The notes under the pieces: model-generated
What the model was told of the DNA's origin: nothing
The model's database searches: none
The model's input: only the letters and a program-made list of their open reading frames with translations
Source of the DNA: Podarcis melisellensis
Lineage: Eukaryota
Length of the DNA stretch: 64,000 nucleotides
Assembly: GCA_964234715.1 (NCBI GenBank)
Contig: OZ174283.1
Reading direction: 5' to 3' (one strand)
Made by a program: the position numbers and the translations under genes
Shown: positions 35,711 to 49,256 of the stretch, one piece after another
How positions within the stretch are numbered: position 1 is the stretch's first letter
How the letters are laid out: each line of letters begins with the position of its first letter

Positions 35711-36282
35711 CAGTATTTTTCACCCTATAGGATCCACTTTTCCCCCTCCAAAAATGAAGGGGAAATGCGTGTGCGTCCTATGGGGCAAATGCAGGCTTTC
35801 GCTGAAGCCTGGAGAGCGAGAGGGGCCGGTGCGCCCCGACCCCTCTCGCTCTCCAGGCTTCCTGCAGCTCTCCACAAGTTGTGGGAGCCCGCGTTGGGCT
35901 CCCACGGCTTGCGGAGAGTTGCCTGCATGCTGAAGCCTGGGCACACTGAGCTCAGCGCACCCAGACTTCACACAGCTCTCCACAAGGCGCAGGAGCCCGG
36001 CGCCGGGCTCCCGCGGCTTGCGGAGAGTTGCCTGCATGCTGAAGCCTGGGAGCACTGAGCTCAGCACGCCCAGACTTCGCGCAGCTCTCCACAAGTCGTG
36101 GGAGCCCGGCGCTGGGCTCCGTCGACTTGCGGAGTGTTGCCTGTTCTGGGGGCTAGGGTTGGGGGAAGCTCGGGCTTCCCCAGCCCCACGCCTGGGGGAG
36201 AAATAATCCCCCCCTTTATTTCCCCCCCAAAAAACTAGGTGCGCCTTATGGGACGGTGCGTCCTATAGGGCGAAAAATACGG
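35711..36282. mobile_element. Tc2/pogo-like non-autonomous element with internal GC-rich ~108-bp palindromic tandem repeats
   Basis: TIRs C(A/C)GTATTTTTC(A/G)CCCTATAGGA and TA TSD (35709-35710 and 36283-36284). Repeat units start at 35865, 35973 and 36082. Confidence 0.9.
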
Positions 36283-37539
36283 TATTTATTAGCACTCCGC
36301 AGTCTCTCTGTCTGCCTGGGATTTTTGATCCATAGGAGGAATTACCTCACAACATTTTCTACTGAACTTTAAATGGAGTGTGGGGGGAAAGGGAGGCTAG
36401 ATACTAAATTCCTGAGCATGGTGCACTTGCTGATTTTGCTTTTTAATGGAAGTTCTTCCTTTTACCTTTTAATGTCTCTTAACACTGATTTATTTAAAAG
36501 TAAAAGGCCTTCACTTAAAACCATAACAATGAGCAGTTGTCAAGTACACAGCTGAGCCCAGCTGAGAATTTAAGGAGGTTCCAGAAAAGGAAAACACACA
36601 GGAAAGTTGAAGAATGGTAGGTAGAGTACCAGCGAGATGATTTGTAGAATGATTGAAAGAACATTAAGAAACGTGCCTCGGCCAACTTGAAAGTAACAAC
36701 AAAATTGTGCACCTACCCATGAGATGTTCTCCACACTTTCTCACTTCTTTGATACTTTTTTCCTTAAAATTAATAATAAGCAATTCAAAGAGCAGCTTAA
36801 TTTTCACTGGGGTTTTGAAGGTGGAATAACCAAAAACAAAGCAAAAGATAGCCTTTGGCCGAACTAAATCCAGAAGATAAAATCATTGTAAGTGATAGAC
36901 TAAGCAAACATATATTAATTCAACAATATTAATATAATGGCTTCAGTCTTTGGCTGTATCATGTGACTATTACAATATAGCACTGATTATCCAAGATATT
37001 CAGTCTAGATGATAACTCAGGGAACTAGTGCAATCTCATGACTTATTTATATCCTATTGCCCCCAAAATCAAGGGGGTACCTAGTGTTTTCCTTGTTTCC
37101 AACAGGTCTGTGGCTTAACCTGTTTCCTTTAGGGACTCCCTCCATCTGGATGGCCTTATTAAGCATTGAATTACAACAGAATTGAGCAGCCAGGCATTTG
37201 TTTAGTCTTGCTCTTCTGATGCAGTGAACCATCCAAAATTACAAACCAAATCAAAAAGCTGAACCAAGAAGGGAATACACAGTATTGAGATATAAAGAAA
37301 GCTACATTGTTCAATACTTTTACATCTGGAGGCTTCTTGCAGAATAAGTGATCCTGAATACAATATCTTCATCCCATTAGAGTTGTACTTACGGATATTG
37401 GCCTTGTGTCATCTCAAAGTCTTTTCTTCATACTTAGTACATTGGTTCACGTGCCCCTTATTCTGCAAGTATCTGGTCAATTTCCTTTATGCTAGTGTGC
37501 CATAATGTGTATGGTGCTTTACGAGATAACAAAGTACAG

Positions 37540-39810
37540 GTCTCTACCAGGAGGAACTAACAAATCTAATGTTCAACATGGAAGCAGTAGCAGAGAGGGT
37601 AAGGATGATTAATGTAAGAGCCAGCCAGTGCAGGTGTTTAGGGAGGGTGGTTTTATAGCCTGAGCAATGAATGATTTTGGCAGCAAAATAGAGGATGGAG
37701 ATGAGAGAGGGCTCAATGTGACAACAGCAAGCTAGAGAAGAGAATAGTGTAGCAATTAAAGTTAGGGGATGATTAGAGCATGAACTGCTGCACAAAAGTC
37801 AGAGGGGCTATTTTCATAATGTTGTACCAGGAGAAGCAACTTGACTTAACAGATTGCATAAAATGGAATGGAGGAATTAAAAATAAACTCAAAGCTGATC
37901 AGCAAGTGTCTGATCAACAAGTGGGTAGTAATCTTATCAATAGATAAGGAGCATGTGCAAAGACAGTAAGGTTCAGTAGGAAAGATCAGCCCTGTATGTA
38001 TTGAGACAACAATGAAACATAAAACAGGGAAACCAAAAAGCAGTTGGAAATGAAGCATTGGATGTAGAAGGGAAGTTATTGGACAGAGAGGTAGAGTTAG
38101 GTGTCATCAGTGTGTACTGAAAGCCACAAAGTTTAATGAAGTCACTAAGGGACAGTATAGTTAGAGAAAATAGCAGGAGGCTGAGAATAACTCCCTGTGG
38201 AGGTTCAGCAGAGAAGAACTTTCCCTATGGAAACAGTGATCAAGTAATTAGACTGATAGGAAATAAACCAGCTAAGAACAGAGCCATAGAAACAGAGTAC
38301 GTAAAAGGAGCGAAGCCGAAAAATTAATGAACTGTATTAGAGGCAACAAAGGCACCAATGAGAAGAGGAAGAAGATAGATAGAGACCTTTTGGATTTGGC
38401 ATTGAGGAGTGATTTGACGAGGGTAGCTTCAGTGGAGTTCAAGAGGTAGAAGCCAGATGACAGGGAACTAAGAGAGGAATTGAGAGAAATTTAAGACAGG
38501 GAAGTATGTGGCACAGTCCAGAGATTCGAAAGCAAAGGGTAAAGCTCAGATTATTTTTTTATGAATGTGAAAAAAGAGGCATGTTTAAATGCAAGAAGGA
38601 AAGAGCCAGAGGATGGGGAGAAATTTAATATGTGGAAGGGTATTTGTGATAAAAAGATATGACACCCAGGAGTCAGGATCATGGGGCAGGTAATAAAGGA
38701 CAACAGTCAACCAAAGAGAAAGCAAAAATTGGTTGAAGTAGGTTTAAGAGGCAAAATAGCTGGAAATGAGAGGAAAGATGTGCATTTTGGATACTGTGTT
38801 CATGATTGTGTGATGAACAGAAATTCTAATTTACATGAGTAAATCAGGACCATGTGTGTGAGGTGGATCTACCCTTTACACCTGCATTTTGGTCCAAGCA
38901 AAACTTTCCCCTTAGTTTGGTGAGAAACAGTAAACTGGTATGCAATGTATGTCAGAAACATAATGCAAGGGGGAAGGGTTAACCTTCCTCCTACACAGTA
39001 AGATCCTACCTGTATTGTCCTTTCCTCCTGGCAACAGCTGTTTTAAAAATGACCACATATCATTAGGCTATGTATTCATCATTATGTGTTGTTGGACTCA
39101 AAGAGATTGACTTGAGGATGTTGGCTAAAGGCTGGGGGATTTAGAGGGGTCAGTAGTTAGTTGAGAGAGCTGGGGCAAACAAATCTAGAGTTGGTTGATG
39201 AACTGTACTTAACCCCTGAAGAGCATAAGGGAGACATGGCAGAGAAGTAGGCAATGTTCCCAAGAAAGCCTTGCACCACTTGACTGCAGGTGACAAATGG
39301 AGCAAGAAGTAGAATATACAGAAGGCAGAGAGTGTGCATGTCGAAGAAGAGAATGTGTTGCTCAGATTGGATGAACTCTGTGGCACAAGCTGAGCATTTC
39401 CAAGTGAAGATGAGAACAAGAAAATGCCCAAAGTCCTATGTTGGGGAATGCATCCCAAAGCAAACAGAGAAGGAATGAGGGACAGGAGATGGGAAGCAGC
39501 TGTGCCACAGACACAATGAATGTTAAGTTTGAAATCACAGGAGGAAGGTACAGAAGTTGTCGGAGTCTGAATGAAAAGTTGAGAGTGGGGCAGGTGGTGA
39601 TACAGGATAGAAATATAGAGATGAGATGCAAAGGGGAACAGATTTTTGCGGAATGAATTTGGGAGGCAGTGGAATGAGAGGTCAGCAGAAGTAGGGACTG
39701 GCAGAATTGGAAGTGCAAAGGCCACCACCACAGTAACCTCCAGTGAGAAGTGTGTGGAAGAAAGTAATTTGAAAGGAAAGAGCAACAACAGTGTCAGGAG
39801 GGGGCAGTAA
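37540..39810 (-). mobile_element. Degenerate L2 LINE ORF2 fragments (RT region and upstream part), interrupted around 38770-39100
   Basis: The minus strand near 38085-38200 gives a decayed PQG.ILS.LLFS...ADDT.LYLS reverse-transcriptase core. The + strand is purine-rich, as expected for an antisense L2. Confidence 0.7.
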
Positions 39811-42800
39811 AGTATTTGTGAGAGCTGGTATTATGCTTATGTAGAATTAGTAATTGTTTATGACGTGATCAATAGAAATTAAAATGCATATTTTGCTTTG
39901 TAATGTTTTGTTCTGTGGGCTGTACTAGAGACTACTTTCTGTTTTCACATTGTTGCATGTGACTTTGTTTATAGTTTGAGAAATAGATGAGTATGTTACT
40001 TTATTGAATTGAACAAGCGCTTAATAAAAACTACTATCCATCATTTGTTATTTAACATAGTCTAGTAGACACAAATAAATGAACTAGAAAATAAATTGTG
40101 GAAGATAAGAGACTTTTGTAGTTCTCAGAAGGTTGATATCCATATATATTATACTTACTCTTTTTAAAATGGTAAATTATGTAAATATTAATGTTACTGA
40201 CTACACTGTGGGTTTGGTGAGTGTGGTTTCTTTCTTTAGTTGCTTGGGCACCTTCTTATGGAGACATTCACAAATGACACCCAGAAGTAATGGTTCACCT
40301 TATGTTTGATTATGGAGTAAAAAAAAATAGTAGCTGCAAATATTACTTATGGTGTTGTGTGCTCAGTTAACTCTTTCCGGTATTTGCTTCATATGGAGTA
40401 TTTAATACTGCAGGTTTAAGAGCAACTATGCAATGAAAATATATTCATAGACATCCTTTTGAGTTGAATAAATCATGAAGTTGAATCTTGAGATGCTTTC
40501 GGCAATAATCTGAGAATATTCCTGTTTAAATATTTATGTTTGTTTCTAAAATTGTATGTCATGTGTTATACATAAAAGACAAATCCATTTAAAACAAGAA
40601 TTACTTGCCAATATGAAATATCCTACAATCATTATTTGTAAGAGGTCATTGAGGTCCCTTTGAATATACTGAAAAATTCTAATACTTTTGCAGGGTAAGG
40701 GTAAGCAGTTTGCTCTCTGCCCTGCAAAACAGTAGTGTTGTGCAGCATTCAAGCTTTTCTTGGAATGTTGTGCTATCCCAAATTTCAAGTCTGTAACAAA
40801 TTCATGGCCTTTAAGGCTAGATTGTATCTTCAAAAATACTGACAGTGGCGATCGGATGGATAATACTAGGTAACCAAACATCCAATACCTTCCCCACATT
40901 GCCCAAAGGCTGCAGTCATCATACCTCATGATTTAGACTTCAATTTGGATGTTAAGAGCCGTCAGTACACCAGTACACCACGGTGCCTGGCCACACTAAT
41001 TTAAGGGGCACTTACCTTCTTTGTTTCTTACCTATTGAAAAAATAATAAATGGATGTTAAGGTGCAAGTTTTAAAAATGTGGTCTTTATGTAGAGGCTGC
41101 CATGAACCACTTTTGAATAATTAGGCATCCATATGGTGGTCAGAACTTTTTATTGGACTTTGATGCATGGTCTGACCTAATGGCATTATCATCAGCTGCC
41201 CATATAACCTGGCCACCCTGTGGAGGTAGCTTTTAATCAATTGATTAAGTATACTCATACACCCCAAAAAAGAAAAAAAGAGAAACTTCATCATATTCAG
41301 CCAAACTTAACACAAGTGATATTTCAATTTGACATAATTTTACTACATACCTAGATGCTCAACAAATTACTTAAACTTGAATTCTTCCACCCCAGTACAG
41401 TTTATTCAGTTTGAAGTTTGTATCATTTGCACTAGTCCACAAATACAGCAAAAGCTAATCCTGACGAACTCCTTGAAACAGAGCAGTGGCTGATAATTAA
41501 AGCCTAGGCTTAGGAAGCAAAGGCATGTATAATAATCTGTCACTGGGAATATTATACAATTGACATGGTCTTGTTGCTTCATTTCAATTTTTGAATATTT
41601 GCTTTAGGTTAGGGTGCATCTAGACAAGTGTTTCTGTTGCATCCTAGACAGGTGTTTTTGAACTCCAGTCTTCAGAGGTTTAAACAGCAGTACAAGGCTA
41701 TTTGCAAAAAAAGCTTTCAAAGAGCACTGCAAATACCCTATGATCAGGATTCTGTACTGTGAAGCCCCCCACACCTGTCATATTTGGCCCAGCAGGGGTG
41801 GGAAGATAAGAATTTGACTCTCTGGTCAGAAAGTTTTCTCACCCTTGTAGCACAGCATCCTGTTTCCCACATTGGCCAGTCCCAATGCCCATAGAAAGTT
41901 CACAGGCAGGGCATGTGTGCAAAAGCCCTCTTCTGCCGTCTTCTGGTTTACAGAAGCATGCTCTCTCTGATCCTTAAAGATAAAGTCTATGCAAATAGTA
42001 TACAGTAGTTTGTGTTCAACATGCCTCATATGTTGTTTGCTCAAAAAACAAAAAAAGTGACCGTATACTAGGTCAGGTTTATAGATCTTAGATTTTCTGC
42101 TAAAATGGCTTTTAACCAGAGATAAAACTTGAGGCCCTGGAAACCTGTTGCCTGTTAGAGTAGATGATACTAGATTAGCTGAACAAATCTGGCATGGCCA
42201 GATCATTGGGCTGAAATAAAGCAGTGTGGTTAATGGATTAATACCTCTAAATGGAGTCTATAAGTGAAAAGTGACTATCAGTTAAGACTGAAACAAAAAG
42301 TTTATGGGGGGGGCAGATAAATTTGTTCCAGTATGAAAAGTCTTTTCAGTACAGTACTTGGAATAGCTTGGCTAGAGTGTCAAATCCACAATTTTTATGC
42401 CAGAGCATTTATCCAGCTGTCCATTGAAAACAACTTTTTAAAATTCTATAAGGATAGAATATCTGTGGAAAGTCTAGCATGTGCATCTCATATAATCTCA
42501 TATCTCAAATTAACATTTTTTTTTAAAAAAAACATACTTGACCTTTTCTACTGCTATCTGACCTTTAATATTTTAGCCCCAAGTCTAGTAAACATCAGTT
42601 TGGAAAGCAATGGTTTACAGAGCATTCTCAATAGACTTCATCTCCTTCAAATCATAACAGTTGAAGCTTAGCAGATGCTGTGGCATTAAATCTACTTCTG
42701 CAGAAAAAGCAGCTTTATTTCAGACGGCAGGCAAATATGTTTGGGATTTATTAAGTGTTTCATCTTAGAACTGAAACAATAAAATATATTCACCTCTGGG

Positions 42801-43623
42801 TACCTATTAATGACCTTAAGCCATGTGTTGGCTGGATTTTCTGATTTCCATATGATCGCCAGAGCAGATTAGAATTGGGAGATAGTGTTCTTCCTCTCTG
42901 GTACACGTACATTGTCTGGAAGTTAACTCCCATATCTGATAGACTGGCTGTTTGCAATTTTACCATACAAATGTGACCTGCATCCAGATGCTGCAGCATG
43001 GAGTTTTTCTATTCACAGTTCCACCCATGTCCTCTTGTAGGATACCCTATTGCATTCCAGCAGCACCCCAATTTTTCTGCCCCAATCAGACATTATTCTG
43101 TGGACAGTGAGAATGCCAAGTCCTCATGGAGCTGTTCCTTTGCATGGAGTAAGGGTAGAGGCTCTTAGGTTTCTGTTCTTGAAAATTATCTGTACTTCTA
43201 CAAAACATAGAGCTCCCCAAAGCATGCTGAAGCATCCCATTTGCTTCTTGGTAGCTCTGCTTTGCCTTTGGTGGTGTTCACCTGCTGAGTTCATGACTGA
43301 AGTGAGTGATTAATTGATGTCAGTGTTCTAGGTTTCATCGCGAACATGTAATACTTTAGATGGGTTTGAAAATGGGACTAAGCAGCACCCACAAATATAT
43401 TAATCTTGCTTTCGATTTAAGTATGTTCCAGGTGTGTCTACTTTACCCAAAATACAGTGAATTCCTGTTATATACTTCCCACAGGTAATGGAAAAGTGCT
43501 GAGAAAAGATGAACCTTGACTTGTCTGTGGAGTAAATATTAAATTCGCTTCATGTACATGTTTTGAGTTGTGTTTAGTATTATAAGAGGCCTCTGAATGT
43601 TTTTTTCTCAATGATCATTTCAG

Positions 43624-43801
43624 GCCACAGAGAGTGAAGCTGGCGATATGGATCTGAGTGGGTTACCAGAGACAGCAGTGGATTCTGAGGATGATGATGA
43701 TGAAGAGGATATTGAGAGGGCTTCTGATCCTCTAATGAGCAGGGATATTGTTAGAGATTGCCTGGAGAAAGACCCAATAGACAGGACAGATGATGATATT
43801 G
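43624..43801 (+). CDS. RAPGEF2: RAPGEF2 exon ([28 protein letters not shown]...RTDDDI), 178 nt, phase 0-1
   Basis: tttcag|GCC ... G|gtaagc; overlaps ORF 43648..43839. Confidence 0.97.
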
Positions 43802-44122
43802 GTAAGCTACCATGGAAACCCAGCAGAGGAAGATGTTAGCAGCATTTGCAGTTTCTTTAAGATGTGTTTTATTTTCCAAAATATTACTAAATGACTAACA
43901 AAAAAAGATTTTTAATATAATAAACAAAAGGAAGTTGTAAAATGCTTGAAACGTAGTATGATTTATGACTTGTTAAACCTGTAGAATATAATGAAAATAC
44001 AGTACACAACACATTGTGGAATAATACAAGCTTAGAATCCCATGGCATATTCCTAAAACCTCATTATCAAGTAGTTGTCATTGCTTATACATGTTTAACT
44101 CAGTGAGTTCATTATTCTGTAG

Positions 44123-44259
44123 AACAACTCCTGGAATTCATGCATCAGTTACCCGCTTTTGCTAATATGACAATGTCAGTGAGGAGAGAACTCTGTGCTG
44201 TGATGGTGTTTGCAGTCGTAGAAAGGGCGGGGACCATAGTTCTAAATGATGGAGAAGAG
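44123..44259 (+). CDS. RAPGEF2: RAPGEF2 exon, start of cNMP-binding domain ([13 protein letters not shown]...VLNDGEE), 137 nt, phase 1-0
   Basis: ctgtag|AA ... GAG|gtaagt. Confidence 0.97.
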
Positions 44260-44559
44260 GTAAGTAGTTGCATAATTCAGTGGTCCTTCCTGAGACATCT
44301 AAAACTTCTTTTTTATGTTCTTAAACTCCCCCCCCCCCCATAAAATATTTTTGCACCGGTGCTTACAGATAACCATTTGCTGAACAGAATATTCTTAATG
44401 TAGCTTGGACTTAGACTTCAGTTCACTTTCACATTTGTAGTAGATCACAGATGGGTGTAATGTAGCCTGAATGTTATGCCAGTGAAAAATGATATTAAAT
44501 ATATGCAGTTTCCTATGTTCCTGTATTTGCAAGCCCTTCCTTACAACCACAAGGCTTCA

Positions 44560-45229
44560 GTTTGACAGATAACATCAGATGCTAATTAGTTGCAGCAACT
44601 GCAGTGATCTATAACTGCCAACTGCCCCACCCTCCGTGTTCTAAAACTGCCAGCTTGGCTTAGAGCATCTTTTGATCAGAGGAGTTGAGGAGAGTCAGGA
44701 GTGAAAGCGATAGAGTGCTGTCTGGTTTGGTCGTGTGATATTAGTGTTGGGTGTGTGATATCAGCGTTGGATGTGTGATATCAGCGTTGGGTGTGCGATA
44801 TCAGCGTTTGACAGATAACATCAGATGCAAATTAGTTGCAGCAACTGCAGTGATCTATAACTGCCAACTGCCCCACCCTCCGTGTTCTAAAACTGCCAGC
44901 TTGGCTTAGAGCATCTTTTGATCAGAGGAGTTGAGGAGAGTCAGGAGTGAAAGCGATAGAGTGCTGTCTGGTTTGGTCGTGTGATATTAGTGTTGGGTGT
45001 GCGATATCAGCGTTGGGTGTGCGATATCAGCGTTGGGTGTGCGATAACAGCATTTAGTGTGTGATATCAGCGTTGGGTGTGCAATATCAGCATTGGGTGT
45101 GCGATATCAGCGTTGGGTGTGCGATATCAGCGTTGGGTGTGCGATATCAGCGTTGGGTGTGCGATATCAGCGTTGGGTGTGTGACAGCAGCGTTTGGTGT
45201 GTGATATCAGCGTTGGGTGTGCGATATCA
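44560..45229. repeat. 246-bp tandem duplication, each copy ending in a 20-bp minisatellite (GGGTGTGCGATATCAGCGTT)n
   Basis: Copies start at 44560 and 44806. The arrays have about 4 units (44731-44808) and about 12-13 units (44977-45229). Confidence 0.95.
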
Positions 45230-45715
45230 TTGAGTGTTGTAGGCATGGGGAAAGTGTGCTCGAAGTGTACCTGTCTGTATGCAGATCCTGAAGAGAGAGC
45301 AGAGCAAGCAAGTGTAAGAAAGAGCTTGAGAGATCAGGAGCAATGTGTCATGCAGCCCTCGGATGTTTTGGCAAGCTCAAATGTGACCCATGGGTCTGAA
45401 AAGGTTAGCTGTCCTGTTCCATACTGCTTATAGTAGAAGCAAATACAATGTTTAATCTTCTTTGCCTTAAAAGTAGCTGATAAATAAGGCAGCATATCCA
45501 GTAGATATGTCTGCATCTCCTTTAACCTCTGTACATGTTAAAGTTTATGTTGGTAAAATTGCAGGATCTTGAAGTGGTTTTTTCTTATGTATACGTGTAC
45601 TTTCCCGCTTTTTTCATTTCCCTTTTATTGAAAAACAAATTCACACAATGTTCCCTAAAAAGGTGAAATGGTTTTCCGAGGTTTGTATGTCTCAAACTCT
45701 ATGTTTCATTTTTAG

Positions 45716-45874
45716 CTGGACTCCTGGTCTGTTATTTTGAATGGTTCTGTGGAAGTAACCCATCCTGAAGGAAGATCAGAAATATTATGCATGGGAAACA
45801 GTTTTGGTGTTTCCCCTACCATGGACAAAGAATACATGAAAGGAGTAATGAGAACCAAAGTGGATGATTGCCAG
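45716..45874 (+). CDS. RAPGEF2: RAPGEF2 exon, cNMP-binding domain ([14 protein letters not shown]...MRTKVDDCQ), 159 nt, phase 0-0
   Basis: tttttag|CTG ... CAG|gtagaa. Confidence 0.96.
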
Positions 45875-46489
45875 GTAGAAAATAAAATATGAATTACCTG
45901 TTAGATTAATATGCAAATATATGACAGGCTCAGATGTAATGCTGAATTATTATTGGTGTGTTTTCCTTTCTTCTCCAGCACAGCTGTGTGGAAGAGATCA
46001 GAATATGTGGTTACTCTATGACAAAGCTGGCCACTGGGTTGGATCCAGAATTCCCCTACCCTCCACAGGCCACTTTTGACAGGTGGTCAGGATCACCCAC
46101 CTGCCACTCACATGATATGACACGACACGACACATCACATAAAGTGACCTAACTTTGAAGCCATGGCAAAGGAATCAGGAGCCACTCTTAAGAGCATCCA
46201 CTTCCTCCTTTGTGGTCTCAGGATGAATTCAAGCTATGCTTGCAAAGGAACGTGTTTTTTTCCTTTGCAGTCTCAGCTTGAATTCAAGCTGCAAAGATTC
46301 CTGCCAAGAGTGATTCTTGCATTTGGCGGTGGATTTAAATTCAGTGCAAATGCAAGTGCCACTCTTGGAACAGATTACTTCATTCAGAAGTTCCAGTTGG
46401 GAGTTCTAAGTGGAGCCAATCGCCAACAAGGCACAATCAGCACTAAATTTACATGAATAGCTCCTACAACAAATGTAAGTCCCGCACCA

Positions 46490-47330
46490 GGAGTACACTA
46501 CTCTGGTGTGTCTTTGCAGCCTCAGCTTGACATTCTTCACACCTGCTGTCATATGGTGTCAGCTGTGGGACATTTGGGTGTGGCTGAGGAAAACAGCTTT
46601 GTGAGTGATAGACCCCAGGAGGAAAGATGGAGCCCAGCCACCCAGGTGAAGGCAGCCTTGTGGTACAGAGGCTCCCTGGTGCTGATACCAGGCCCAATGC
46701 TCACCAGCAGCATCAAGAAGCCCTGTTCTGTAAGGCTGGATAGGGTGGCTTGCACCGTACACCTTGTGAAGTGGTGCAGAGGCAGCCTGATGGTGGTGCT
46801 GGGGCAAAGCATACACTTGGCTACTGCCTGGCTGCCTTCACCTGGGAGGGTGGGCTGCATCTTTCTTCTGAGGGAATACAACCACCCCATGAGGAAAGAG
46901 GCAACCTGCCCGCTCGGGTGAAGGCAGTCAGATGCATGGAGCCTGACAGGTTCGGTGCTCTTGGCTACTACAACCTAGTCCATCTTCTGGAAGTGGAGGG
47001 CGAATGGGCTATCTCTTTCTCCCAGAAGAAAGAGGTAGCTTGCCCACCTTCCCCACACCAGCTAAGGTGGAGGGAGCCTCGGAAAGGAACCTGTCAGGCT
47101 CTGTCCCAGGGCTCCCTCCATCTTGGGGTGTGTGTGTGTGTGTGTGTGTGTGAGCGGGCTATGTCTTTCTCCCCCAGAAAGAGGTAGCTCACCCACACCA
47201 GCAAAGGCAGAGGGAGCCTGAGAAAGGAGTCCTTGCCACTCGCACGCCATAGATGTGGAGATCTATGCCTTATCTATGGGTTTGGGAAAGATCAACAGGC
47301 TAATTTATCCCATCTGGCTAAATAGGTCTT
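46490..47330. mobile_element. Probable interspersed repeat (retroelement 5'-region-like) with an internal ~150-bp diverged direct repeat and (GT)n
   Basis: GC-richer than its flanks; gggctat.tctttctccc..agaaagaggtagct recurs at ~47006 and ~47156. Family not identified. Confidence 0.4.
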
Positions 47331-49103
47331 AACAACTGACTACTTGTTAGGGTTTTCATCCTGTTTTAAATATGTTTGTGTTTTAATTTTTTAAAGAATT
47401 ATTCTACATTTAAATCACCTTGAAACTGTAAATTTAGAAGGCAATTAATATAACAAGGGTAGCAACAACAATAATAAACCACAGTATGAAGTTCTTTACT
47501 AAACCATAAAAAGAACAGCCAAGGTTTATCCAGGTTTGGACAACTACCAACTGGGGTTGATCAGTTAGCTAAAACCTTAAGTTAGTTAAAAATGGAAGTG
47601 ACTGCTTCTGCACTCCTACCCATCGCTGTGCCAAAGGAGGAATATGGAGAGGTGAGCTGGCCAGCCTGAGGCTCACTCACATAGCACTAAACTGTATTGC
47701 AGCTGAACAAAGCCATTATGTGCCATAAATATGAGAACATTAAGTGATGTAAACTTGTGGCTGTAATATAACTTCAGTGTCTCAAGCGCGGCCTCATTGA
47801 TCTGTCAAAAAACCAAAATGAATATCCAGTGTTTGTGGTTAATGAACCTATTTGCAACACTTGTTAGTAAAGATCACATTCTTATGAATTTTAAATGAAA
47901 GAATATTAATTTGAAATATATGAATATTTATTCATTTCTTTCTTTGTTCTTAAATGCTGTATTTCAAGGTAGAGCCCGCCCAATGTGGCTTACAAAATGT
48001 AATTAGTTTGTATTAAATACAGGATAATTTAGATTCATATTCATAACAGAGAGAGAGAGGAGTGCCTTACTGCTGCTGCTTCTCCCTATGACGGCCTCAG
48101 CAGTTGCAGTTGGTAGTTAGACAGAGAGAGAATCTCAGCTGCAGTTGTATCCAAGAATATAAAAAGCTGTGATTTTAAACATTCCAGTATAAAAGGGATA
48201 CATTCGTTTCTAGAACCAAAATAGTTCATCAACAACCCTGGGTGATAAAAACTGGACATTACACAAGTGTGGTGTGTTCAGTTAAAAACTTGCATGTTGT
48301 GAAAGGGTGAGGACATGACTGTCAGGTGGAAGGAATCACATATTTTATTTTACTTTATTATGCTTGGCAATAATATTATGATTAAAAGGGGGAAATAGCT
48401 GCTTATTTTAATTGTAGAAGCAACTGTTAAAAAGGCATTTTCCTTTCATCATTTACTTTTTATATGCCCTCAAGATGGAAATTAGGAATTTCCTTAAAAT
48501 AAATGTCAAGTCAGATTTAGCTTTTATTTAGGGCAATAGGAGAAGGATAGAGATATGAGATTTCTTTGATAGGCATTAATTCATATTTTATCAATTAATC
48601 ATGCACTTTCCTAAGGCAAGAATTATAACAGAATATATCATCCTGGCTTATTCAACCACTTAGTGTAGCAGAAATGATCATAAGGCACATTTGGATATTC
48701 ATTGCATAAAGCACTTTATCTGCAGTGATAACAGAAAAATTGCTTATGGTACCCCTTGTGATAGTGAACAGTGCCAAAATCAGAGAAATAGTGGAACCTG
48801 TAGAAGTTCAACTTCTGCATTTATTCTGCATTTAGCTGGAAAACTAATTTAGAAAAATACGTATGTGCCATAAAAGTAAAAAGAAGTTAATAATAATGAG
48901 CTTTAATGGGGGTTATTAATCGATCTCATGAAGTTAAAGGTCTGACTTCATAGTTTCTGCTACATTTGAGGATGGCAAATCTATAGCATCCTTTACACTT
49001 GGGACTAAAGTATTCTAGACAGCATGGCAGGTTGGACAAAGTACTCTTAACATTTTAGAAACCATTACCTTTGAACTTGTCTCTTGCAATCTATTTTCCC
49101 TAG

Positions 49104-49256
49104 TTTGTGTGCATAGCCCAGCAAGATTATTGCCGCATCCTCAACCAAGTGGAGAAAAACATGCAGAAGGTAGAAGAGGAAGGAGAGATTGTTATGGTTA
49201 AAGAACATAGGGAATTGGATCGCACTGGAACAAGAAAGGGTCACATTGTTATCAAG
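49104..49256 (+). CDS. RAPGEF2: RAPGEF2 exon ([15 protein letters not shown]...KGHIVIK), 153 nt, phase 0-0
   Basis: ttccctag|TTT ... AAG|gtatat. Confidence 0.97.

Noticed and set aside
35670-36206. Several overlapping ORFs of 62-124 aa on both strands
   Set aside because: They arise from the GC-rich tandem repeats inside a MITE, with no transposase or other domain motifs.
39150-39788. 212-aa minus-strand ORF, the longest in the track
   Set aside because: Low-complexity S/L/F/P-rich translation of a pyrimidine-rich strand within decayed LINE-like sequence; no recognisable domain or splice structure.
44731-45229. Regular 20-bp repeats resembling a CRISPR array
   Set aside because: The units are head-to-tail with no unique spacers, there are no cas genes, and the context is a vertebrate intron. 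It is a minisatellite.
46464-47250. Cluster of 60-145 aa ORFs on both strands
   Set aside because: GC-richer repeat-like sequence with a (GT)n tract and no coherent protein motif.
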